From Octopus bimaculoides (Eukaryota): a stretch of 56,077 nt of DNA. Position numbers and translations under genes: made by a program. Location of the stretch: NCBI RefSeq assembly GCF_001194135.2, contig NC_068982.1, forward strand, positions 30,539,625 through 30,595,701, in the 5' to 3' direction. Shown here piece after piece: positions 1-11,687 of the stretch. The notes under the pieces were generated by a model that had not been told where the DNA came from, did not search any database, and saw only the letters and a program-made list of their open reading frames with translations. How positions within the stretch are numbered: position 1 is the stretch's first letter; every line of letters starts with the position of its first letter.

Positions 1-46
<46 letters not shown>
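1..46. repeat. (TA)n microsatellite
   Basis: Pure TA dinucleotide run at the window start, followed by a mixed TA/CA tract to about 245. Confidence 0.95.
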
Positions 47-50
<4 letters not shown>

Positions 51-1504
51 TATGTGATTATACATATGTACACACAAACGCACACATATATATATACATA
101 TATACAAACACACACATATATATTCATATATATGCACACACACACTGATGTGTGTAGTTATGTATTTATATATAAATACATGAGTGCATGCACACATATA
201 TGTATATATCCATGTATATTACGTACACACATACACACACACACAGACTGTGTTAAATTGTAAAAAAATGATGTAAATATCAACCACAAGTGAGTAGCTA
301 AATACATGGTAAAAGACCTCTTTTTTCCGCACCAAGATTTGTTGTTTTGTGCAACATTTAGAATTTTGTTCGTTGGTGCTTTGATTGCTTATGTTGCACT
401 TTTGTCTTTGCATCAATTCTCCTATCTTGACAATTAACAATTGAATAACATCATGTTAGTAACGCAGAGATAAAATACAGCCATTGACCGAGTAAATTCT
501 CCATCGATTTGCACAGGCTCTTGTATCCACATATCAGTTGTATGCACATAATGTACATTGGTTCACACGTGTAACTACGTACATGTCATAGATGTTTTAT
601 GCATCATATATAAAAATACTTTATGCTATAGCTACGTACACATCTTGATCATACGCTAAAAACAATATGTGTGTGTGTATACTAGACATATGGAGACAGA
701 CTCCTCCATATGTAGACAATACACATATGCCATGCACACGTTTTTGTTGGTGTTTTTTTGTCTGTTTGTTTTTTCCCTATCTACTTATCAATGGCTTGAA
801 TAAAGAAACTGTTATAGAAAGCAGTTACTGATTCCCTTGGAATTCAGTGACTGATCAATACAGCATTGAATTAATAGCTCTTTGATGATGGCTCAAGAAC
901 ATAGTTTTTCTGTACAAACAATATGCTCTAAAGTGATCAAGATGCCATTGGGACTGAGTATAGCTTTATTTTTCACATGAATATAAGATTTTTAAATTTT
1001 ACTGCACGGTATTTTTATATCCGAATATAAAATATAGCATGAAAATGAAACATGCAAAAACGTAAATGGAAAAAAGTGTAGCTTTTGTAATGATTGGTAA
1101 AGAGCCTGACTGAAGCATCATTGAAAATTTCCTTTCCACTTCTAAAAACCTGTTTAGTAGAGTTTTGTTAAGATCAAATGAAAAACCTATCACAAATTCC
1201 ATTTAAGTCCTCACTTAAATTTGCATGATTTAAAAAATATATATATAAATAAATCGTTGTTTTGGTGAATCTGTCATATTAATATCTGAAGAATATGAGA
1301 TATTTGCTGAAATGGATAGCGGTAGTACATTAGGTTTTGCAACAACAACAAGTTCTAGGGTTACAGATATATAAACTTAAAAGGTGAACGATCATGGAAA
1401 AATGAACATTATTATATTTGCATGAACTTTAAAAGGAATTTGGAAAAAATCTGGAGGTATTAGTTGTTAATGCTGCTGACAAAATTTCATAAAATATACA
1501 TTAA

Positions 1505-1674
1505 GCGCAGGAGTGGCTGTGTGGTAAGTAGCTTGCTTACCAACAACATGGTTTCGGGTTCAGTCCCACTGTATGGTACCTTGGGCAAGTGTCTTCTACT
1601 ATAGCCTCAGGCCGACCAAAGTCTTGTGAGTGAATTTGGTAGACAGAAACTGAAAGAAGCCCGTCGTATATATG

Positions 1675-1713
<39 letters not shown>

Positions 1714-1917
1714 ATATGTTTGTATGTCTGTGTTTGTCCCCCTAGCATTGCTTGACAATCGATGCTGGTGTGTTTATGTCACTTAGCGGTTCGGCAATAA
1801 GAGACTGATAGAATAAGTACTAGGCTTACAAAGAATAAGTCCCAGGGTCGATTTGCTCGACTAAAGTCGGTGCTCCAGCATGGCTGCAGTCAAATGACTG
1901 AAACAAGTAAAAGAGTA
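1505..1917 (+). mobile_element. tRNA-derived SINE family A (CORE-like domain, internal (TA)n(TG)n), near full length
   Basis: A-box-like TGGCTGTGTGG, B-box-like GGTTCAGTCCC, CORE-like CCTTGGGCAAGT and a GAAACAAGTAAAAGAG tail. More than 15 related copies occur in the window. Confidence 0.85.
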
Positions 1918-1974
1918 TTAAATATTAAAGTGTCAAGATTTTGAAATAAGTCTTTATTATTATTATTATTATTA

Positions 1975-2812
1975 GAGGCAGTGAGCTGGCAGAATCCTTA
2001 GTATGCAGGACAAAATGCTTAGCAGTATTTCGCCCATCGCTATGTTCTGAGTTCATATTCCACCAAGGTTGACTTTGCCTTTCATCCTTTCGGGGTTGAT
2101 AAAATTAGTACCAGTGACGTATTGGGGTCGATGTAATTGGCTTAATCCCTTCCCCCAGCATCTGAGGCTTTGTGCTTCCAGTAGAAAGGATTATTGTCAT
2201 TATTCTTATTATTAAGGTGATAAGCTGGCAGAATCATTAGCACACTGGCTGAAATGCTTAGCAGTATTTCACCTATCAAATATGTTCTGAGTTCAAATTC
2301 CGCCAAGGTTGATTTTGCATTTCATCCTTTAGAGGTTGGTAAATTAAGGACCAGTGAAACACTAGGGTTGGTGTAATCAGCTAGTCCCCTCCCTACAAAA
2401 TTTCATGCCATGTGCCTTTAATAGAGAAGATTATTATTATTAGTAAGGCAGCAAGCTGGCAAAATTGTTAGCATGCCAGGCAAAATGCTTTGTGGTATTT
2501 TGTCTGCTTCATGCTCTGAGTTCAAATTCCACTGAGGTCGACTTTGCCTTTCATCCTTTCAGGGTCAATAAAATAAGTTAACAGTCAAGTACAGAGGTCA
2601 ATGTAATCAATCATCCCCTTCCTCCAAACTTCAGGCCTTGTATCTGTAATAGAAAGGATTATTATCAATTCTTACTATTATCATCAAAGTCAACTTTGCC
2701 TGTCATCCTTTCGGGGTCAATAACTTAAGTACCAGTGAAACACTAGGGTCGATGTAATTGACTAGGCCCCTCCACCCAGATTTCAGGCCTTGTGCCTATA
2801 GCAGAAAATATT
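1975..2812 (+). mobile_element. Head-to-tail array of tRNA-derived SINE family B (about 3.5 copies separated by (ATT)n)
   Basis: Repeated unit GAGCTGGCAGAATC...GAGTTCAAATTCC (B box)...CCTTGTGCC...AGAAAGGATTATT starting at about 1975, 2213 and 2444, with a 5'-truncated copy at about 2685. Confidence 0.85.
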
Positions 2813-4599
2813 ATTGTTAATATGATTATTATTATTATTACTTATTCCAAGTTATAAATTTTTAGGTGGCGTTTCTCTCAAATATCACTTTATAATTTGT
2901 CTTCTCATTAGTAGATTCTCCTTGTTGATTCTCCTTGCAGACCTATCACAAGACTATATTACATAGAAACTATGCAGACAGTTTGAACTTGAAGCAGCAA
3001 AAAATGAAACTGAAAATTCAGACATTCAGTTTTCATGTCATGCCACATTATGCTTCCAATTTTTTCTTTTCTTTTTCTTTTTTCTTCTTTTTGTTACCAG
3101 CTATATTCTTCAGCAATGGGTAGGAATGAAAATGTAAATTGACCCTTGCAAGATTGCTCAACCACTCTATTATTTCTGAAATGAACATGTTAACAGACTA
3201 TGACACTTAAGTACCCAATTCCTTTGAATATTTGTAAAGTAGGCATACCATGTCCAAGTGCACAGTATGGTCCTCTGCAAGCCAGAGAGGTGAACAATTA
3301 CAAGAAGTTTTTAATATCTGTTATATATAACAGATATTATATGATATATGAATATATAAATTATTATATAATAAATGTTATATCATAAATATAATAAAAT
3401 TATATTTCAATGAAATTTAAAAGGACTTCAGGAAAATTGAGAGTGTTTAGTTGTTAACGCTGGTGATAAAATTTCATAAAATGTGCATTAAGTAATACTG
3501 TGTCAAGATGGAGTGTATTACTTAATGCAGTGTCAAAATTTGAATAGGCCATCCTCTGTACTCAAACATGCTGTAATTAACTTATTTAGAACAAGCTTAA
3601 AAGCCACACTCCATGCAGACTTTTAAGCTAGCTCCTGCAGAGGGCTAATTGTGCCTGTGACCCCAAACTACAGAAACCTAAATAGCATGACAATAATACA
3701 TCTATAATTACTAGATGCTTCAGTGGTGTTTGATCAGAGGTTAAGGACAGGTGAGAATTAATTCTGTAATGCAATCATTCTATTGTTCCTGTCCCAAATT
3801 AAATTCCAGCTATTCGCCAATTTGTCCCGAAGTTTTTATCTCGATGTAAAATTAATGAAGTGTATATCGTTTATCTCCCCCTTGATCTCTGACATCATCT
3901 GACAAATGCCAACCAGGATGGTATGAATCAGCCAAGCTTTACCTGCTAGAAATAGCAACCCATATTTTACCGCTGTGTGTATTAGTTGTATTTATGGTCA
4001 TTATGACTGTAGAAAGCATAGCAGCGTTAGAACACAACATTGAGGGTATGCAATCTTACACAGTATCTGGGTCCTATGTGACCAATGATGATGACACTGA
4101 TTTTCCTGTTTTTATGTGGCTTAGCCAAAGGAGGTAGAACAATGCTCAAGACTATTTCCAAAGCCTTTGGGATGCGTGAGGTGAATGTATCTTCCTGCCA
4201 GGTACCTGTCTGAAATGATTACATCAAAATGAACTCTGATAAATGAATGCAAGCTCAAAATGGTGGACTAAGTCTGTGCTTTTATGGTTGTCCAGATCAA
4301 GTATGAAAATGAAAACATTGGAGTTGTAGTAGTGTTTTAGGGTGTTAGGGCTGTTTTTCTGTCTAATTGAAGATGATTGAAGATAATAGTGATAAGCATT
4401 CTGTGAGTTACTTATTTCAGCATCCACAAAGCATCTGGGTGAGCTAATGTGAGAACCTTTACAAGATCACTCAACCTTTTAAAAGTTATCAACCATATTT
4501 CTCTCAAATTGCACCTTACCATTTTAATGAAGGAAAAACATGTTAAATATTAATGTCTTTGGTGCATTATGTAAGGCAATAATGATAATAATGATAATC

Positions 4600-5235
4600 A
4601 TTTCCCTTATCACAAACAAATGCCCTAGACTTGCTCAAAATCACTACAAGTTGCAGTGACATGATAAGGTAGCGAAAGTGCTACATTGAAAACTGTGAAA
4701 AAGTGGGGGATAGAGAGGAGCAAGATGTGGTACGAGCACAAACCGCAGAGAGTGGCGGAATTGGAGACTTGCAAAATCCTCCCAATCCAAACAGATCAGG
4801 TACTAGAGCATAACAGACCGGACTTAGAAGCAGTGGACAGGGTGCACCACATATGCTATATAGTTGATGTTGCATGCCCCTTTGACCCACGAATAGTCAA
4901 GAAGGAAGACAAAAAGATAGATAGATACAACACTCTTAAGTACAAAATAGCCTGGCTATGGAAAATGAAGAAGGTGAAGCTTGTGCCAATTATTGTTGGA
5001 TCCTTGGAAATAGTATCAGAAGGCATCAAGAGGAATATAAAGGAAATTGGAATAGAGTGCCCAGTAGAATTGTTACAAAAGGTTTGCCTCCTTGGCACGG
5101 CCAGAATTAGCAGGAAAGTATTAGATAGCTGCAAGGAACAAATAGCATGGTACAGTAGGCTGCAGGTAGTACGCCTGCTATGCATGCAAGACTCCAGGAG
5201 CTCCAACAAAACCTGTGATAAAAAGAAATAATAAT
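4600..5235 (+). mobile_element. 3' fragment of an R4/Dong-like non-LTR retrotransposon (RLE domain), 5'-truncated
   Basis: CPRLAQ..Y..(R)HD end of the zinc knuckle, then WYEHKP, HNRPD, IVDVACPFD and VPIIVGSL...LQKVCLLGTARI. Flanked by TAA/TGA-rich repeats; contains stops and a frameshift. Confidence 0.85.
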
Positions 5236-5809
5236 AAGATATGCTTGATTGAAACAGCTGTAAAACAGTAATGAATATAGATATAAAAGATGTATAAATT
5301 GCTTTTGTTCATATCTGGTTTATTTAAATTGAAAGTAAGAATGTCTTAAGTGACATGGTGTTGGATGACCAGCTGCTAAGACACCACAATTGTTTCTGAG
5401 GTCAATGTACTTATCTCACAAATAGCTAATTTCACCTGACTGAAATTAGATAGCCCCACATAGAAGTAATAACTCACTACTGTTGGGAACTGCTGCTCTT
5501 TGAAATTGGCAAGTGGTTCATTAGATGACAATGCATAGATTCAATTTTTTCCATAAATGTTGTAACTCAAAGAGGAAATATATCACACTGGTGTTATCGT
5601 ACCTATAATTTCATAGACCTGTTCACCCATTGATATCTCTGATTAAGGAAATTCAAATAATTAAATAATCAGCTCACAAATTAATCAATGAATATATTTT
5701 ATAGTAGTTGTTTAGCCGCCAGTTTGTACTGATAAAGCATGCCCATGATCAAAGACTTTCTAGCTATGACTGTTCCACCTTCTGTCACATCTTGTGGACT
5801 CACCTGTCA

Positions 5810-6090
5810 TAAACAAGTTAGGATGCCACGATTTCTTGCTGAACAAGCTGCACCGACGTTTTGTTTATAGTGATTAAATGTTTGTGCTCTACATTAGCTC
5901 AACCCCCCCCCCTCCATCAAATCAACTTAGTATGCACCATTAGTGACACAGTGTACCATGCGTCAGGTGTTGAAGTGAATTCAGAGCAATGTGAGATGAA
6001 GTGTTTTGCTCAAGGTCACGTTACACTATCCAGTCTTGAAACCATGATCTCGCAATCGTGGGTGCAACATCCTAACGACTAGGCTATTTT
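5810..6090 (-). mobile_element. tRNA-derived SINE family C, degenerate
   Basis: Reverse complement resembles the copies at 25073, 28060, 31290 and 47505 (shared CTTGAGCAA.ACAC.TTATTTCAC-like body). Confidence 0.65.
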
Positions 6091-6211
6091 CCCCTTCAAC
6101 ATATCTAGGATTATGTTATCTACTGTGTTCTTCCTTTCTTGTAATGTATGCTGTGATTTAAGAACTGTTTGGCTGCCATTTCTAGTAACTCAAAAGACTT
6201 TATTTTGAGAG

Positions 6212-6371
6212 CAGTGTTCCCCAACTCCAAAGAGGATCAACTGGCCACTGGAAATCTGTGACTGTGAGTTCAAAATCTGTTGAGTTGATAGATCTTTCAA
6301 AAACCTCAAGTCAAGGGAAAAATTCATTGAAATGTAAATGATTTTGGTAGAGAACAGCTTGGGAAACATTG
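6212..6371. mobile_element. Putative hAT (Charlie/Buster-type) MITE
   Basis: Left end CAGTGTTCCCCAAC versus reverse complement of the right end CAATGTTTCCCAAG (11/14 match). The right flank gtgTAaaa fits the NNNTANNN target, but the 8-bp TSD is not matched on the left. Confidence 0.4.
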
Positions 6372-7183
6372 GTGTAAAAGTTCCTTTGTTGGTTCAATGT
6401 TACAGTATTATCAACTATCGATTGGTAATATGATCTTGCAGAACGTTTCTTCCTGTGATCTATGATGTGTGTCTATCTCTGCATGCATATATGCATGCAT
6501 ACAAACGCACAGGTTCATTATGTAGTTTGCATATAAAATCATCATTTTGTTCTGTGTTTACGCCACGGTATAAAATATGTTAAATTTCTTGTTATTTAAA
6601 TAAACCATCAAGTTCTGGGATTAATATCCAAACAGGCCTAAGCTTGCTTTTGAGTGATAAGTTTAGTAAATATCAGCTTGTAACTGAATCTGCACAGTAT
6701 TTAATAAAAGTCAATGATATGGCAGTTTCAATATCAATATGACTTGTAGTCCTGTAGTGTTTTGTGTTAACAGTAACGTCAGCAGCTGAAACTTGTGTTC
6801 TGGGAGAGAGATTAAAGAGGACATAAAAAGAAACTGTAGTGTCGTTCTATTGATTAACTATTTAATTATTCATGTACAGTTGAATTATATCCATAGCTCT
6901 TATAAATGTCAATATGTTATTTGCCACCTTTAGATAATAAAGAGAGACACTTTGTTTATCTTTTCGGTTACACTACTTAGGAAACACTCCACACACACAA
7001 AAAAAAATACCTTTCTACTAAAATATACAGGCTGGTTACTTTGTAGTGTTTTTTTTTTTTGTAATTTTATCAGAAACTAATTGAAATAAAGTTCATTACT
7101 TTTTCTAAAACTTCTGAATTTAGTATTTAAAATTTTCTAAATTCATTCATGTATTTGTTTTACTTTTATTTTTTTTATACTAG

Positions 7184-7193
7184 CATGGGTTAG
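7184..7193 (+). CDS. Candidate 10-nt micro-exon (CATGGGTTAG)
   Basis: Long T-rich tract ending ATACTAG, then 10 nt, then a consensus AG|GTGAGT donor. No homology support. Confidence 0.35.
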
Positions 7194-7699
7194 GTGAGTA
7201 CTTGTTATTGAAGGTTCTCTTTTTATTCAAGAGAAGGATTTATTTGTTGTTCCTGTTTTGAAAATACTGACCTAAAGGATGATATCATGACAAAGAATAT
7301 CAACATACACAGAGACACACATCAACACACACACACACACACATGACAGGCTTCCTTACAGTTTGTGCCTACTAAGGTATCATGGAGTAAGATCGCATGA
7401 TTACTAAGCGCACTCCATATTCAGACATCTATGCTTCATGTTGTACATACAACCGGTGTTGTGTGTATAGTTCAGACCTTTTCATGACAAAAAGCAATAT
7501 TTGCCTCAGTCTACTTGACTGGAGATTTAAAAACAGTAACAGAAACCAAACAAATTCTAATTAATTCATTAGCTACCATTTACATAAAAAATTAATATGC
7601 TTTGCATTAAAAAACTAATAACAATAAATATGTGATCTTGGGAGGAAAGTCTTTGATAGTCTATGACTAATATGTATCTTGATTTTCTAACATTTACAG

Positions 7700-7774
7700 G
7701 AGACAACTTCATATATGTTTCAGTCTTGTTCTGACCTCAGCAGCGATGCAGGGCTGTCACCATTACTTGTTGAA
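7700..7774 (+). CDS. Candidate 75-nt symmetric exon (phase 0: ETTSYMFQSCSDLSSDAGLSPLLVE)
   Basis: TTCTAAC branch-like motif, TTTACAG acceptor and GAA|GTAATA donor. Locally GC-richer and open in two frames. Confidence 0.25.
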
Positions 7775-8140
7775 GTAATATTTAACAGTACATTTGTCAG
7801 AAACCAAAATAAAATGAATTGGTTAAAAGTAGGTCAGAGATTCCTGATGATATCCCTCTTAATGTATCATTGACTAGAAGAAGATGAATATGATTATATA
7901 ATATACTGTCCTTTCCAAAATATATTTTGCAGCATCACAATAGGGAAATGGTATCATCTAGGAAATAGCATTTTAGCAATAAAACCAACACACTGTATTT
8001 ATTTCTTTACTCTGATTGCCACAAATGCTAACTGGGTTAAAAATATTGGATGCAAAAGGAACTAATTTTCTTAAAAAACTAATTTTCAGTAGAGATTTTA
8101 TGCTTTAGGCTTGTATGTGTGTGTAGGTAGGTCAGTAAAT

Positions 8141-8143
8141 AGA

Positions 8144-8175
<32 letters not shown>

Positions 8176-8300
8176 TAACTAGATAGATTGACAGATAGAT
8201 AGATAAATAGATAGTTAGATAGATAGATAGATAGATAACTAGATAGATAGACAGACAGATAACTAGATACATAGATAGCTAATTAGATAGATAAGTAGAC
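8141..8300. repeat. (GATA)n/(GACA)n microsatellite
   Basis: Imperfect tetranucleotide array. Confidence 0.9.
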
Positions 8301-9231
8301 TAGTTGATTGATTGGATGAATACACACTTGTAAGCAACAATTTGAAATTTAAACATTTTTAAGCAAAATTGCCTTTGTATATTGATATGTGTCAGTCTGT
8401 GTGTGCTTGTATTGTTCCTTAATAACATATCCATGGCATACTCATTTGAGTGAATGTGTGTGTGCATGTCGTTGCTGATGTGCATTTATAAACAGTAATT
8501 TAAGATTTAAAACAAAAAAAAAGTTTTTCGACATATGCATGTGTGTGCACACACATACTTTGTAAAAAAGCATTGCTTTAGAAAAATACATCGTGATTAC
8601 AATGCAGTGTGAAAAAGCTTCTGCTTTATCTCTTAGTTTTTGTGTGAAGGATGCCACTATACGGAGGTGTCTTTGCATCATGCAATCCTCTGAAGGAGAC
8701 GACAGTTCATATCAAAGGTGGTTCAGAATTCTATGAGAGTCTTGCTCATTTTTCCTAAGTGGCACAGAGCCTTTGGCATACTGCCCACTGCATCACTACC
8801 TTTTAAAGAAAGAGACAGTTTTGTTATGAACAGTATGAGTTGTTTTAACACACTTGAGCATTTAGTGGTGAAGTAGTATGGTACCATTGCTATGGCAACT
8901 GATGCTTCTTTGCCAACAGTACTACTGGGCAGCTTTGCTCACTCTGTAGTGATTTGTAAAGAACATATTAAATTGTTGGATCTATTGTTAATAAGAAAGT
9001 GAGAAGTGGTTTCTGGAACAATGGCATCATGTGTATACGTTTGTGATTTGTGTTGATAAAGAAGAGATGGATCCTTGTGCTTGTCCTCTCATTGGAACAC
9101 TTTAGCCATAACAGAATAAACCACTTATTTGGTTTACATACATGTGTGTGTGTGTGTGTGTGTATAATTGTGTGTGTTTGTATGTGTGCATGTGCATTGT
9201 GGCTAGCTGTTTGTTTCTGCGTCTTTACCAG

Positions 9232-9272
9232 CTGCAGGTTTGCATGCTAATGAGTGCAGCAATTCTGCACAA
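9232..9272 (+). CDS. Candidate 41-nt small exon (xAGLHANECSNSAQ)
   Basis: Acceptor GTTTGTTTCTGCGTCTTTACCAG and donor CAA|GTAAGC. Phase 1 in and phase 0 out, which is compatible with 7184-7193 and 14168. Confidence 0.3.
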
Positions 9273-9434
9273 GTAAGCATGAATGTTAAAGTTCTTATTG
9301 CTTAGCCATAAAATTCATGACATGCAGGCATGCAGGTTTTTTTTCACACACACACACACACACACCCTCAAAGAGAGAAAAATGGGAGAAAAAGTGTGAG
9401 AGAGCTTTTCTACATACCTTTTTTATCTCTGTTC

Positions 9435-9637
9435 NNNNNNNNNNNNNNNNNNNNNNNNNNNNNNNNNNNNNNNNNNNNNNNNNNNNNNNNNNNNNNNNNN
9501 NNNNNNNNNNNNNNNNNNNNNNNNNNNNNNNNNNNNNNNNNNNNNNNNNNNNNNNNNNNNNNNNNNNNNNNNNNNNNNNNNNNNNNNNNNNNNNNNNNNN
9601 NNNNNNNNNNNNNNNNNNNNNNNNNNNNNNNNNNNNN
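9435..9637. other. Assembly gap (N run)
   Basis: Ns in the sequence. Confidence 1.
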
Positions 9638-9949
9638 TATATATATATATATGGAGAGAGAGAGAGTTGTATGTACATAAACACAACTGCATATATAAAA
9701 TACAATTAAATAGGGTTTGAATTAAATTGTGGAATATGTCACTGATTGTAAGTATTGGTGAAATTATATAATTATTTTTGTAAACAATTTTTTTTTAATT
9801 TTCTTATTTATTTATTGTTTTGTTATTGACTCTTTCAATTAGTCTTGGATGCTGTGAACCTGTGTAGTATAGGAAATGTTAGAGTGTGGTTTTTGTTGTG
9901 ATAATTTGTGCTCTGCAAAATAAACAATAAAAATAAAATTCCAACATAG

Positions 9950-10060
9950 CAATTGAAGCCATTCTGATTCGTAGGAAATTTCCAATTGTACCCTTCACTG
10001 ACCACGGCAACATTTTCTTTGTAAGCCACGTGGATAAGATTGACTTTGCACTGCCAATAC
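9950..10060 (+). CDS. Candidate 111-nt symmetric exon (xIEAILIRRKFPIVPFTDHGNIFFVSHVDKIDFALPI) with an alternative internal donor at 10021
   Basis: Open frame with two donors, TTT|GTAAGC and TAC|GTAAGT. The acceptor has a poor pyrimidine tract. Confidence 0.25.
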
Positions 10061-10262
10061 GTAAGTCATTGGTCAGTGAAGCAAAAATCAGCTGCGGAAA
10101 TATCGGGAATACCAGATTGTGTGTGACTATACCATTGTATATTCATAGAATGGAGTATTTGGTCTTGTGTGCTTGTACTTATACCTGTTTCACTACTCTA
10201 ATTATACAGCAGCAACAACAACAACAATATCAATAATAATAATAATTATAATAATAGTAATA

Positions 10263-10860
10263 ATCCTTTCTAGTCTTGGCACAAGGCTGGGAATTTTGGG
10301 GTAGGTGACTAGTCGATTACGTCAACCACAGTGTTTCACTGGTACTTATTTCACCGACCCTGAAAGGATGAAGGGCAAAGTTAACTTCGGCAGAATTTGA
10401 ACTCAGAACGTAAAGACAGACGAAATGTCACAGGTGCAGGAATGGCTGTGTGGTAAGTAGCTTGCTTACCAACCACATGGTCCCGGGTTCAGTCCCACTG
10501 TGTGGCACCTTGGGCAAGTGTCTTTTACTATAACCTCAGGCTGACCAAAGCCTTGTGAGTGGATTTGGTAGACAGAAACTGGAAGAAGCCCGTCTTATAT
10601 GTATATATGTATGTGTGTCTGTTTCTTCCCCCAGCATCGCTTGACAACTGATGCTGGTGTGTTTGCATCCCCATAACTTAGCGGTTTAGCAAAGGAAACC
10701 GATAGAATAAGTACTAGGCTTACAAAGAATAAGCTCTGGGGTTGATTTGCTCGACTATAAAGGTGGTGCTCCAGCATGGCTGCAGTCAAATGACTGAAAT
10801 GAGTAAAAGAGTAAGCATTTTGTGTGGTGTGCTAACGATTCTGCCAGCTTGCCACCTTAA
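10263..10860 (-). mobile_element. SINE family B interrupted by a SINE family A copy
   Basis: The B body stops at GACGAAATGTC (about 10430) and resumes at GTAAGCATTTTG (about 10812). Confidence 0.8.
10431..10815 (+). mobile_element. SINE family A, near full length, nested in SINE B
   Basis: High similarity to 1505-1917. Confidence 0.85.
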
Positions 10861-11687
10861 TAACAATGATAATTATAATACTTTCCACTGAAGGCACAAG
10901 ACCTGAAATTTGAGGGAAGGGGTTCATTGACTACATAAACTCTAAGAGTGGTTAGCGTTAGGAAGGGCATCCAGCAGTAGAAACCATGCCAAGTCAGACT
11001 GGAACCTGAAGCAGCTCTCAAACCATCTAACTCATGCCAGCACAGAAAGTGGATGTTAAATGATGATGTTATGTATATATAAAAGTATGTATATTGTCAT
11101 TCTATAGAAATGGATTGTTTGACTGAACCAGGTTTTGTTTAAAAACTTCATTGTTATATTGAACAAGTCCTCTCTTCTGTCTCTGCTTAAAGTATCTTTG
11201 CATCACTGGTTTTAACCGTAATTTGGAATCATTTATTGAAAATAGGTGTCATCTGAAACCCAATAAGTCAAAAAGCATTGTCATTCCATTAATTATTTAA
11301 TTTCATTACCTTCTAATTACTTGGCTATGTTACTTCATAAACACGTTATTATTCAGGCTACAATTGTAATGATATCAAACAAACTGCCTTACATACATTC
11401 TTACTCTTTACACACACACATACACACACGCATTCTTTTTATCTCTCTCTTTCTCTCCCTTGTTTTCTCTCTTATTCATTGCGCCAAACATTAAACTTCT
11501 CATTAACTGGTGCTAAAATTCTTTTGATGAGATTCTGTATTTCTTGCTCTTGTGGTTAGAATGGTAGGCAGTTTCCATGCTTCCTGTTTAATTCAGAAAC
11601 TGTATTGTATTTTTTTCTCTTGTAAAAAGTTGCTTCACTACTTGAAAATGTATCACTTTAATTAAATTTTGTTTGTCAAACAATCTA

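Noticed and set aside
883-957. Possible C/D snoRNA (TGATGA...CTGA, 75 nt)
   Set aside because: The C box lacks the leading purine, the terminal stem is weak, and no rRNA or snRNA guide complementarity was recognised.
1505-1580. tRNA genes at SINE heads (also 25073, 39038 and others)
   Set aside because: A and B boxes are present but there is no cloverleaf, and each continues into a SINE body.
1975-2812. CRISPR-like array
   Set aside because: The units are ~220-bp SINEs separated by microsatellite, in eukaryotic DNA with no cas genes.
3594-3630. 10-bp inverted repeat AGCTTAAAAG/CTTTTAAGCT
   Set aside because: Short and AT-rich, expected by chance, and too short for a pre-miRNA.
5798-5860. 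Consensus minus-strand donor CAG|GTGAGT
   Set aside because: Lies at the edge of SINE-C-derived sequence and has no credible acceptor or ORF.
8637-8717. 81-nt symmetric exon candidate (FCVKDATIRRCLCIMQSSEGDDSSYQ)
   Set aside because: The acceptor is good but the donor (GTGGTT) is weak and the peptide is unrecognised, so it was not listed as a feature.
9295-9709. ORFs spanning N runs (also 33084-33314 and 54525-55406)
   Set aside because: Their length is an artefact of the assembly gaps.
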